DNA from: a virus
DNA length: 64,000 nucleotides
Virus record (IMG/VR): IMGVR_UViG_3300027141_000003
Coordinates: 1 to 64,000 of that record
Strand: one strand, 5' to 3'
Shown: in pieces, positions 24,148 to 33,140 of the stretch
Layout: the number at the start of each line of letters is the position of its first letter
How positions within the stretch are numbered: the stretch's first letter is position 1
The notes under the pieces: model-generated
Told to the model about the DNA's origin: nothing
What the model saw: only the letters and a program-made list of their open reading frames with translations
Databases searched by the model: none
Made by a program: the position numbers and the translations under genes

Positions 24148-26906
24148 TTTCTTCTTCCTCCTCGACCTGGTGAATTAGCTCCTGAGCCTCCACCAGAATT
24201 TCCTCCGCCTCCTGTGCTACCCCCTGTGGCTCCTCCTGTTGCAACTGCTGCTGCGTTAATTGCTGCACCTGCTGCTACAACTGTTGCTACAACCATTTCA
24301 GTTGCCTCTTCTCTTTCGCCTTCTGTCATATCTGCACCTATGCTTCCCAAGGCCTGTAGGGCTGCTCCTGGGTCATTAAATAACTCTTGTGCAAATGCCG
24401 CTGGGTCAGATATTAATTCTACTTGTACTGCAACTTCTGCAGTAATTACAACCGAGTCACCATTTTCAGATGTTCTAACATCAACTGGTGTGCTTGCTGG
24501 CAAATCTGATAACTTAATTCCAGCTTCCGCTACCTGTTCTTTAGTAAGATTTTCACCTTCTGGAACAGATTGAATTAATGCATCGGCAACAATATCTTTT
24601 TCTGCTTCAGATAATTTACCATCTGAGTTAGCTAATTCAACAATGGCTGCAACATCCTCTTTTGAAACTTCGCCGTCTGACGCAAGTGCTTCCAGAACTG
24701 CTTCTTGATCTGCTACAGAAACTTTTCCATCTTCTGCCAATGCTTCAATTAACTGATTAGTTTCTTCTGCATCAATTTCACCATCTGCAGACATAGCTTC
24801 TGCAATTGCTTCAACTTCTGTACTATCAATTTTACCATCTTCCAATGCATCATCAACTGTATTTGTTACATCTTCTTCTGATCCCGTCACAGGCTCTGTA
24901 TCAACTGGTTCTGTTTCCACAGGTGTGGTATCAACTGGTTCTGTTTCCACAGGCTCTGTGTCTACTGGTTCTGTTTCCACAGGTGTGGTATCAACTGGTT
25001 CTGTTTCCACAGGTGTGGTATCAACTGGTTCTGTTTCCACAGGCTCTGTGTCTACTGGTTCTGTTTCCACAGGCTCTGTGTCTACTGGTTCTGTTTCCAC
25101 AGGCTCTGTGTCTACTGGTTCTGTTTCCACAGGTGTGGTATCAACTGGTGTGGTAGTTACTGGTGTAGTGTCTACAGGTGGCACGACTACGGGTGTAGTG
25201 TCTACAGGTGGCACGACTACGGGTGTAGTGTCTACAGGTGGCACGACTACGGGTGTAGTGTCTACAGGTGGCACGACTACGGGTGGTTCAACTGGTGCAG
25301 GTGGAGCAGGGGCTGGCAAGGGCGCTGGTGCAGGAACTGCATCAATTACTGTTTGAGCTGCTGCCACTATTGTAGGTGCTGTAGTTACTTTTTCTACGGC
25401 TGTAGAAACAATTGCAAGGTCTGCCACCTTTTCAGTCAATGTTGTGCTTGCTGTTGATAATGCCGTTACAGTATTTTGTGAAACAGTTGCAATTGGTGCA
25501 ATAACTGTATTTGTATTTGCTGTATTTGTTGCAACAATAGCAGTAACTGCTGAGTTTAATGTAGCAATTTGTGCATTTGCTGTATCAATTGCTGCCAAGA
25601 CTGTTGAATTGTCTGGATCAGGGGTGGGAGTAAATGCAGCGCCTTGACTAATTGTTCCAGTAAATCCCGTAGTAGTGCTTGTATTACTAATATTTGTTAC
25701 GGGACCATTTGTAGTTTCTCTTACGTTAAATCTAGCACCATTTGGGATTGGTCCAGTCACGCTTACATCTGCCTGCCAGGCACCATCTGAAGGATTAACA
25801 TCCGCATTAAATCTAACTTGAGTCATTTGTGTTTCTGCTGTTTGCAAAGGATAAACTCTAAGATCCCAAGCAACGCTAAGTGTATTGGTAGTTGTTGAGT
25901 ATGTAATTCCAGATCCATTACTCCAAGTAGTCCAGTCATACCCTGCTATAGAAATGGAAGGTGCATTAGGTGTAGAATAATAATTTGCACCCTCATTTAC
26001 TCCAAAGGTGATTGTCGCATTAGATCCTACAAAAACATTATTATATGTGACTCCGCCCATCTGTAAATTAAATGGAAGATTCATGCGAACACCAGCATCA
26101 TCTACATTAGATAAAACATTTGTGGTTGTACCAATAGTTGCAGCAAGGGCATTGACTGCATCTTGAGCATTATTAATTGCTACGTTTGCTTGAGTTAATT
26201 GTGTTTGAGCCTCTGTCCGTGCAGGAGTTACTGCTGCTACAGCCGTAGTTGCTGTTGCTACTGTGGCCGTTGCGGTATCTATTGCCGCCTGAGCTACCTG
26301 TATTGCAGTAGAAGCTGTTGCAGCCTGTGCTACTTCTGTTGTAATTGCGGTTGCTACTTGAGTAACTGTAGTGGGGGTTTCAGGCATTAAAGGGGATGCT
26401 GTTGCTATAACCGTTGCAGTTGCAGATTCAATAACGGGAACCGCTGCTGTAACAGCTACTTGTGCTGTAGCAACTTCTGGTGTTTGAGTTGTAGCACTTA
26501 CTGGAATTGCTGCTACCGCTTGTGTAACGGATGCTACCGTTGAAGTAATTGTTTGAACAACCGCTGTCGCTGTTTCTACGGCTGTGGACACATTAGACAC
26601 TTCCGCCACTGCTGTAGTTGCTGCAGTCACAGCCGTTGTTGCGGCAGTTACTGCGGCATTAGATGCTGTTACTGCCTGTACAGCTGTTGCTGTTGTGACA
26701 GTGGACGTATCTGATGCTGCTATGGCCTGTGCAACTTCTGTAGTTGCGGTTGCAATGGCTGTATTTACTGCCTGCTGTGCAGGGCTTACAACAACTTGCT
26801 CTGAGGGGGCTGGTGGCTCATTAGCATTAGCAAAGTTAGGACTAAAAAGGAAAAGCCAGCCGATTATAAAAAGGCTGGTTAAAAAATACTTTAACTTTCT
26901 AGTCAA
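24141..26906 (-). CDS. large secreted/membrane-anchored Ala/Thr/Pro-rich protein with tandem repeats
   Basis: Signal peptide, beta-rich central domain, PVDTEPVETE repeats, DG[KE][IVL][DS] repeats, hydrophobic C-terminus plus basic tail. Confidence 0.75.
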   Translation of the reverse strand: MTRKLKYFLTSLFIIGWLFLFSPNFANANEPPAPSEQVVVSPAQQAVNTAIATATTEVAQAIAASDTSTVTTATAVQAVTASNAAVTAATTAVTAATTAVAEVSNVSTAVETATAVVQTITSTVASVTQAVAAIPVSATTQTPEVATAQVAVTAAVPVIESATATVIATASPLMPETPTTVTQVATAITTEVAQAATASTAIQVAQAAIDTATATVATATTAVAAVTPARTEAQTQLTQANVAINNAQDAVNALAATIGTTTNVLSNVDDAGVRMNLPFNLQMGGVTYNNVFVGSNATITFGVNEGANYYSTPNAPSISIAGYDWTTWSNGSGITYSTTTNTLSVAWDLRVYPLQTAETQMTQVRFNADVNPSDGAWQADVSVTGPIPNGARFNVRETTNGPVTNISNTSTTTGFTGTISQGAAFTPTPDPDNSTVLAAIDTANAQIATLNSAVTAIVATNTANTNTVIAPIATVSQNTVTALSTASTTLTEKVADLAIVSTAVEKVTTAPTIVAAAQTVIDAVPAPAPLPAPAPPAPVEPPVVVPPVDTTPVVVPPVDTTPVVVPPVDTTPVVVPPVDTTPVTTTPVDTTPVETEPVDTEPVETEPVDTEPVETEPVDTEPVETEPVDTTPVETEPVDTTPVETEPVDTEPVETEPVDTTPVETEPVDTEPVTGSEEDVTNTVDDALEDGKIDSTEVEAIAEAMSADGEIDAEETNQLIEALAEDGKVSVADQEAVLEALASDGEVSKEDVAAIVELANSDGKLSEAEKDIVADALIQSVPEGENLTKEQVAEAGIKLSDLPASTPVDVRTSENGDSVVITAEVAVQVELISDPAAFAQELFNDPGAALQALGSIGADMTEGEREEATEMVVATVVAAGAAINAAAVATGGATGGSTGGGGNSGGGSGANSPGRGGRRKW
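24890..25285 (-). repeat. coding 30-bp tandem repeats (PVDTEPVETE and PVVVPPVDTT units)
   Basis: ACTGGTTCTGTTTCCACAGG... and GGGTGTAGTGTCTACAGGTGGCACGACTAC arrays. Confidence 0.9.
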
Positions 26907-26964
26907 CTAGGTATCTCCTAAGTAATGCAATATCTTTGCTTACTTAGTTAATTATACCATGTTG

Positions 26965-27150
26965 TTATTTAATATTATCTGTTTTGTAGAAGCCATTGCC
27001 TTTAAACTGTATACCAAAAGAACCGTAATGTCTCTGCATTTTTTTACCACATAGGTTACACAAGTAGTTTGGCTCAACAGAATTTATAGATCTTTCTTTT
27101 GATACAATATCTTCTGGAGAACATTCGCATTTGTATTCATAGATTGGCAT
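26965..27150 (-). CDS. FmdB-family zinc-ribbon protein
   Basis: MPIYEYKC...CNLCG...FKGNGFYKTD. Confidence 0.85.
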   Translation of the reverse strand: MPIYEYKCECSPEDIVSKERSINSVEPNYLCNLCGKKMQRHYGSFGIQFKGNGFYKTDNIK

Positions 27151-27741
27151 CTATTCCCGCACCTCTTTATATCTGAATGCTATAGCTGCTCTTGAAACAT
27201 GTGGGTTTAATCCATGGAATACTCCCCTGGGAACAACGATTATATCTCCTGGTTCCACTGTTACTGTCTGTATTGGTTCTATCCCTCTACCCTGATCATC
27301 TTTGTTTAAAAATACTTGCCAAATTGTTGATCCTTGACATTGCCAAAACACGCTGTCTACATCATCTACATGCGTTGGAACCATCATGCCGTTGCCAACT
27401 ATATTCAAGAATGTTCCACCTCCGTTAGTTTTTTCGTCATACACTTCGTTGAAAAAATTAACCACATCTTTACATTCTGGGAAAAAAGTAAACTCACCCT
27501 TTGATGTTGCTTCTCTGACATGGAAATAATAACCAGTTTTAGCAACAGTCCCATTATGTATTGTGTGCCATTCATCAGACTCTTCTTGAGGGCCTTCTGG
27601 CGTAGTGTTAAAATGATAATCTAAATGATTAATGAATTGATCCCACTTTGGCACATTAATAAACATCGATTTTATCTGCAGGATCTTCTTGTCAGACCTG
27701 GCCTGCTCAATCATTTGACTTACTTCATCTTTAGATATCAT
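27151..27741 (-). CDS. JmjC/cupin-domain oxygenase
   Basis: HVDDVD, WQCQG and PGDIIVVPRGVFH. Confidence 0.8.
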   Translation of the reverse strand: MISKDEVSQMIEQARSDKKILQIKSMFINVPKWDQFINHLDYHFNTTPEGPQEESDEWHTIHNGTVAKTGYYFHVREATSKGEFTFFPECKDVVNFFNEVYDEKTNGGGTFLNIVGNGMMVPTHVDDVDSVFWQCQGSTIWQVFLNKDDQGRGIEPIQTVTVEPGDIIVVPRGVFHGLNPHVSRAAIAFRYKEVRE

Positions 27742-28537
27742 TTATTTTTTTTACCATTCTGTGTATTCGATAGTGCTCATCATCCATCTGAGCTCTGCTT
27801 GCTAAAATATCCGTTATTCCTTCTTTTCCCATATTTTTTATCTGTTCTATTATCTCATTTTCTGTACCAAAAAGGCAAGACCCTTTAATCATATTGTTTG
27901 GCAATTGATTATATATATCCTCTGCCTCTTCTTTAGTATCACGTATTATTATTGGCCCAGAGACTATTTTTTTGTTTGTTTTAATTAAATCTTTTAACCC
28001 ATCTTTATAGCTAGAGTACATAGATAGGTGTGCATCGGCATAATTATTGGCATTTACAATAGTTTCTTTAGATGTTCCGCTTATAACTATTTCTGGTTTA
28101 TTTTTTAGCAAGGTCAGGTTTGTAAATTTTTCTAACCACTCAGAAGTATATTTTACCCTATCCTCATGCGTTGTTAAAAGATTTGATATTGCAACAACAT
28201 CAGATACGCTAGTTTCGTCAGACTGTATATCTCCAGCAGCAATATTTAATATCAGCCTGTTGGGGGACAGCTCATTAAACGCTTCACACATCATTGCACA
28301 GTATTCTGGGCTTATTGCATATGTTCTCATTGCAATCATATACTTTAATTTATGGTCTGGATTAATTATATTGGCTATCTTGATCCAATAGTCAGGAATT
28401 TGTGAGTGATATACGGTTAAAGTAGAGTAATATCCAGCAAACTCTAGTACGTTAGATAAAGTTTTGAGTTCTTCTGGGCTACCCCCATCAAACCTCTGCA
28501 TCCAATGAATATTTGGCTTGCCATTTACAGCCATCAC
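27731..28537 (-). CDS. luciferase-like (LLM) flavin monooxygenase
   Basis: Resembles SsuD-like TIM barrels (LKYMIAMR, RLILNIAAG). Confidence 0.7.
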   Translation of the reverse strand: MMAVNGKPNIHWMQRFDGGSPEELKTLSNVLEFAGYYSTLTVYHSQIPDYWIKIANIINPDHKLKYMIAMRTYAISPEYCAMMCEAFNELSPNRLILNIAAGDIQSDETSVSDVVAISNLLTTHEDRVKYTSEWLEKFTNLTLLKNKPEIVISGTSKETIVNANNYADAHLSMYSSYKDGLKDLIKTNKKIVSGPIIIRDTKEEAEDIYNQLPNNMIKGSCLFGTENEIIEQIKNMGKEGITDILASRAQMDDEHYRIHRMVKKINDI

Positions 28538-28941
28538 TTACCGCTCTTTTTTCTCTTCTCTGCTAAGGCTACAAAATCTTTAACCTTAGTTTCGCCCATG
28601 TATCCCCAAGCGTATCCATCTTCAATCATCTGTTCGTTAATAGACTTTGTGTTGCCGTCTATGTAAATCCAGCCAAGTATGCGACCATACTTTTCTGTGC
28701 TGTCTGGCTTTTCTGTTTTTACAACAATAACATTTGCGTCTTTAAACTTAGACTTAAGATATTCTTTTGATTCGAGACCTAATGTCTTTTCAAGTTTATC
28801 GGTAGTTCTAGACTCTGGGGTATCAATTCCTGCCAGTCTAAGTCTTTGAGCATATGAAATGCTAAATCCTAAATCTATGTCGACATCTACTGTGTCTCCA
28901 TCTACAATTTTTGTTACTTGCTTAATTCTGTACTCAAACAT
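28534..28941 (-). CDS. thermonuclease (SNase family)
   Basis: IVDGDT, RLAGIDTPE and KYGRILG. Confidence 0.9.
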   Translation of the reverse strand: MFEYRIKQVTKIVDGDTVDVDIDLGFSISYAQRLRLAGIDTPESRTTDKLEKTLGLESKEYLKSKFKDANVIVVKTEKPDSTEKYGRILGWIYIDGNTKSINEQMIEDGYAWGYMGETKVKDFVALAEKRKKSGK

Positions 28942-28961
28942 TATTCTCCTAAAATATTAAA

Positions 28962-29047
28962 GAGCAGTTTGCGGACGTGCTCAGGTCCATCTTTCGGGTA
29001 GCGACCCGAATAGTCTGCGACTCCCCAGTGACGGGGTGCAGATCTCC
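28962..29047 (-). ncRNA. structured leader/sRNA ending in pseudoknot copy 3
   Basis: TATAAT at 29048-29053; stems TCTGC/GCAGA, CCCC/GGGG and TTCGGGT/ACCCGAA, then GGAC-CT-GAGCA-C-GTCC-GCAAAC-TGCTC. Confidence 0.55.
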
Positions 29048-29056
29048 ATTATACTA

Positions 29057-29476
29057 TTATTTAATTTTTATGGTCTTTGGCTTCTTGTCTTCTGGGACTA
29101 AGCGGCTAATACTGATATTAAGCATGCCGTCCTTTAGAGAAGCGCTAGATACTTCCATGTACTCTCCGAGGGCAAAAGACCTTGTAAATTTACGTGCAGC
29201 AATTCCTTTATGTAAAACTTCTGCATCTGTAACTTCAGTAATTTCTCCAGAAATAACTAATGTACCGTTATCTACAGATAGATTAATGTCTTCTTTTGTG
29301 AATCCTGCCACTGCAAGAGATACTAAGAATGTATCCTCATCTAGCTTTAATACATCGTATGGTGGATATGACTGACGAGATGCAGCACTGTGCACGTTAG
29401 ACATTCTTTCAAGTTCACGATTAAAGCCAATAAAAAAAGGATCCTTGAAAAGATCCCATGTATATGTTGTTACCAT
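29057..29476 (-). CDS. small heat shock protein Hsp20/IbpA-like
   Basis: YPPYD, AVAGF, LHKGIAARKFTRSF and DGML. Confidence 0.92.
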   Translation of the reverse strand: MVTTYTWDLFKDPFFIGFNRELERMSNVHSAASRQSYPPYDVLKLDEDTFLVSLAVAGFTKEDINLSVDNGTLVISGEITEVTDAEVLHKGIAARKFTRSFALGEYMEVSSASLKDGMLNISISRLVPEDKKPKTIKIK

Positions 29477-29548
29477 TTTATTCCTCCTTCAAGCGAATAA
29501 GTTAATTTATAGGCCCCTATTGGCGACCTAGTGTAATTATACCATATT

Positions 29549-29896
29549 CTAGTCGTTTGGAATATCTTTATTAAATTCCATTTCGATTAAACCTTTTTCT
29601 TTAGCTATTTTTTGACCTTCTGGACTAATATGAAAAGTTGCCTCTAGGTTCTCATCGTATTCAACTTCAACCAAGCCCTGCTCATACAGTTCAATCAAAG
29701 ACCTATCTACATATTCAGTATGAGATTGCCACAATTCTGGAGCTAAAGTCTCTGCGTCTTCGCTAATAGAATAAATAAGCTCTCCGCTTTCATCTACGCC
29801 CTCTAAACTAACGGCACCTATTTCTATATAATACGCCAGTCTATCTGAGTCATGCTGATCTTCTTCTTCTGTCATATTGCCTCCCCTGTGCAACAA
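29549..29896 (-). CDS. acidic winged-helix-like hypothetical protein
   Basis: ORF track; true start probably MTEEE, since the annotated start overlaps the tRNA. Confidence 0.65.
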   Translation of the reverse strand: MLHRGGNMTEEEDQHDSDRLAYYIEIGAVSLEGVDESGELIYSISEDAETLAPELWQSHTEYVDRSLIELYEQGLVEVEYDENLEATFHISPEGQKIAKEKGLIEMEFNKDIPND

Positions 29897-29962
29897 GTAG
29901 GACTTGAACCTACGATTACCGAATTATGAGTTCGGGGCTTTAACCAACTAAGCTATTGTTGC
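29889..29962 (-). tRNA. tRNA with CAT anticodon (elongator Met or Ile2)
   Basis: GCAACAA/TTGTTGC acceptor, CCGAA-CTCATAA-TTCGG, GTAGG-TTCAAGT-CCTAC; own TATAAT upstream. Confidence 0.9.
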
Positions 29963-29971
29963 CTAGTTTTA

Positions 29972-30220
29972 TTATAACTGAACGTTTTCAGTTTTGTCAA
30001 TAGTGTTCTCTACTACTTGCTGAACATAATCAGAAAAATGTTTTCTTATGCTTCCGCTTGGTCGGCCACCAATAGATTTCCAAATTCTTTTATATTCAAG
30101 AACATTTGCAAAGCTTGTTGGGCACAAAATAACCCCCTGATACTCTTTTAATGTGGTTGGTAGAGGAACGTGCTTACCACAGCACTTACACTCTTTAGCT
30201 TGCTCTTGATATATACTCAT
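29972..30220 (-). CDS. hypothetical protein (CKCCG)
   Basis: Coupled to TerL. Confidence 0.65.
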   Translation of the reverse strand: MSIYQEQAKECKCCGKHVPLPTTLKEYQGVILCPTSFANVLEYKRIWKSIGGRPSGSIRKHFSDYVQQVVENTIDKTENVQL

Positions 30221-32022
30221 ATTATTTCCATTCCTTCTAGTGCATTTGATAAGTTTTGAGGCATTCTTGGTGCTCTTATCATATTTAAAACAGTTGTGTC
30301 GTCTTCATCCTGCCTATCCCATTTCAAGGAACTGTAGGTGTGAATATCTATTTCTTCATTGTTGTCGGGCCTACTTCTTTTAATTGCATTAAATATAGAT
30401 CCGCATACAGCGTCAGCTAAGTCTTTAGATCCTTTTCTAGGGTGATCAACTCTATCTCTCATAATTTTAAGTTGAAGCAATTCATCTATAAGCAGAGGAA
30501 TGTGTGGGCCATCCAGCCTATCTTCTGCCACAACCATTGCCATATCGTCGTAATGTTTTTTGGCAACAGATAGCGTTTCTGTATTAATTCCATACTGCTT
30601 TAGTTGCTGCATCATATCGTGTGAGTTCCACCTGTCAAATGTACAAACTTTTACCTTAAACCCTTTAGACCTTAAAGACAATATGTAATCTTTTACTTCT
30701 GTAAAATCTACAGACTTATCTGGAGTTGGTGTCCAATATCTTACAACGTCTACTTCAACAATAGGTGCTGGCTGAGAATATGTATCTGTCACCTTAACAT
30801 TAACCCACTTTTTTACGTGTGACATTGCTACTGCACAATGGTCATGCTTTTGTGCAAGGTCGACGTGTATAAAATATTCTTTATCTGGGTCTGGTGCAAA
30901 CCAGTCTTCAAATCTTCCAAAGTTATCCACAGCTAAGGCTGTGTTCTTAAATGCATTCTCAATTTTTTCTCTGGATTTAAAAAATGCATCTACTGCATCT
31001 GTTGGCATGCAGGCAAATCTTCCCAAGGCATCTGGTGCATTCTTGTAGAACGCAACCTTAAAGTCTTCAATCTTTCTTACTGGATTTACTTCCCATGTGG
31101 GTCTTTTAAGCGCATACATTTTAGGATACTTGTACGAGATGATGTGGTCTTCTTCCCACTCAATATCAAATTCGTTACCTTCTGTTCCATCTGGAAGATC
31201 ATCGTCTAGCTTAAAATGATGAGTTCTAGTTACAACTTCTTTTTCCGCCACAACATCATTATATCTTTGCTGAATATAATCATTTTTATATCTAGGAAAT
31301 GACAGAAGAATAACTTTACCAAAGTCTGGAAAACGTGAGTCTACCGATGCTCTATACATATCATATATAGCTCCACCAGTTTTAGCTTGCTCATGACCAG
31401 TTGTATTCTCTGTAGCAAAGCCTGAAATTTCATCGAGAATGATTACGATAACGTTATAACCTTCCCACGCTTCACGCTCTGAGTGTCCTGAGTGTACTGT
31501 TATGGCCTTATCAAACTTCATTTCAGAAGCTTTTGCTTCGTATTTTCCAGTAAACCATGGAGACTTATCTATTCGTGTTTTAAATCCCTTAAAGAAAACA
31601 TTGTTTGCTTGCTGAGAGTTAATAGCAATATTAATAATATCAATTGAGTCCCCAGGAGGCTTGCCATAATAGGTTGCTGGATCTTTAAGGCACAACAGTA
31701 AATATACTATATACGCTACTGATATTGTAGAGCAGTAATCTTTTCCAGAACCCTTGCCAAGCTGGGCAACAACTTCGTTAGCTGTTTGCTTAAACATTCT
31801 GACGCCTTCATCTTCACCAAAAAGCTTAATCAGTGTAGACTCTTTATAAATCTGTGAACTTTTTTCAATGAGGGTATGCTGATATTCAGACAATGGTGGG
31901 AGACCTAAATATTCTGGACTCTGCACAAAAGTTCTTAGGTCTACTGGTCTTTCTTCAAACTCTTCTCCATCTAATATATCAATTAGATTGCTAAAATCAA
32001 ATTCCATGGTACTCCAATACAT
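30217..32022 (-). CDS. terL: terminase large subunit
   Basis: Walker A GKGSGKD, Walker B IILDE, nuclease HVDLA...FDRW...KDLADA; start probably 32007. Confidence 0.88.
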   Translation of the reverse strand: MYWSTMEFDFSNLIDILDGEEFEERPVDLRTFVQSPEYLGLPPLSEYQHTLIEKSSQIYKESTLIKLFGEDEGVRMFKQTANEVVAQLGKGSGKDYCSTISVAYIVYLLLCLKDPATYYGKPPGDSIDIINIAINSQQANNVFFKGFKTRIDKSPWFTGKYEAKASEMKFDKAITVHSGHSEREAWEGYNVIVIILDEISGFATENTTGHEQAKTGGAIYDMYRASVDSRFPDFGKVILLSFPRYKNDYIQQRYNDVVAEKEVVTRTHHFKLDDDLPDGTEGNEFDIEWEEDHIISYKYPKMYALKRPTWEVNPVRKIEDFKVAFYKNAPDALGRFACMPTDAVDAFFKSREKIENAFKNTALAVDNFGRFEDWFAPDPDKEYFIHVDLAQKHDHCAVAMSHVKKWVNVKVTDTYSQPAPIVEVDVVRYWTPTPDKSVDFTEVKDYILSLRSKGFKVKVCTFDRWNSHDMMQQLKQYGINTETLSVAKKHYDDMAMVVAEDRLDGPHIPLLIDELLQLKIMRDRVDHPRKGSKDLADAVCGSIFNAIKRSRPDNNEEIDIHTYSSLKWDRQDEDDTTVLNMIRAPRMPQNLSNALEGMEII

Positions 32023-33139
32023 ACTTTGTCATAGCCTCAGATACACTTCCATCAATAATTTCTGGTAACAATACATTATCAACTTCTATTCCATTGTTTG
32101 TTAAAATAACATTATAGTAGCTTAGAAGATCATTTTCTTTTTTAGTTGCCAGGACTGTTACCTTTGTATTTGGTTTACCATAATACAGATTAACTATAGA
32201 TGATCCTACATGACAGGCTATATCAGTGCACTCCCTGACAAGCTTTATTTGTTCTATCGGATTCATATCTTCCATGCATACCGACTGATAACCTTTAGAC
32301 AAAAAATGACTTTCTATTTCTTTTTCATTAGGGTGAACCCTTGAGTAATTTTTTCTAGATATGTATATTTTTTTGTCAGCATCAGAAACTATGGACTTTG
32401 ACTCTACCTGTTTAGTTATATACGGACGCACCCAGTCAACTGTTTTCCCGTCTATATCTGAACTGCCTCTATCTAAAGTAATTGAAACAAAATATTCTTT
32501 CCCGTCCACCTGCACGGGCGAGCCATTAAGCATTACTGAATCATATGCATCGCTACCACTTCTCTGTTTCATAAAGGAATTTTCGTAAAAAACATATGCG
32601 TATTCAAAATCTAAATTCATAGATTCTAAATCTTTTAAATTAAAGCACACATAGTCAATCTCTAGTAAATCAAGCCAAAATTTAAATGAAGATCCATCTT
32701 CTTCCCTGCCGTGCTCTGCATTTCCCTTTAACCCTAAAAATATTCCATCTGTATCTTTATCTTCGTTAGAAAAAAGAAGTAACTTAAAGTTTGGGTCTTT
32801 TTCTTTTAAGAAAAATATTTTAGGCAGATGCTCTAGCATGAAATGAAAAAATCTAGGAGTATAAGCAATTAAATATACTGATCTTCCATCAAAAGATTTT
32901 TTAGGATTGTCGTGTATTTTGTCGACAATTGGATTGATCATGGGGGAAGTTGGGCAAAGTGGATCTTTAATACTTTCAGGCAAACTCATTGCTTTATTTG
33001 CTTTGTCCCACCTGGTAGGAGAATTAGGCCTCCTGTGCATTAATTCATAAAACTTAAACGACGGGTTTTTATACTTTAAACAAACTTCGTCGTCATTCAT
33101 TTTGTATACGTCAACTACGCCCTTAAGGTTCACATTCAT
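31997..33139 (-). CDS. glycosyltransferase family 61 (DUF563-like)
   Basis: FFHFMLEHLPK...IYISR...NE...EDM...EQI...GS..VN. Confidence 0.75.
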   Translation of the reverse strand: MNVNLKGVVDVYKMNDDEVCLKYKNPSFKFYELMHRRPNSPTRWDKANKAMSLPESIKDPLCPTSPMINPIVDKIHDNPKKSFDGRSVYLIAYTPRFFHFMLEHLPKIFFLKEKDPNFKLLLFSNEDKDTDGIFLGLKGNAEHGREEDGSSFKFWLDLLEIDYVCFNLKDLESMNLDFEYAYVFYENSFMKQRSGSDAYDSVMLNGSPVQVDGKEYFVSITLDRGSSDIDGKTVDWVRPYITKQVESKSIVSDADKKIYISRKNYSRVHPNEKEIESHFLSKGYQSVCMEDMNPIEQIKLVRECTDIACHVGSSIVNLYYGKPNTKVTVLATKKENDLLSYYNVILTNNGIEVDNVLLPEIIDGSVSEAMTKYVLEYHGI

Positions 33140-33140
33140 T

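Noticed and set aside
24890-25285. 30-bp tandem repeats as a CRISPR array
   Set aside because: There are no unique spacers; the repeats are contiguous and in frame within a coding sequence.
24925-25356. Plus-strand STGSV-repeat ORF and other antisense ORFs (e.g. 16319-16885, 22066-22632, 55494-55979)
   Set aside because: Shadow frames of real minus-strand genes, with no RBS or promoter.
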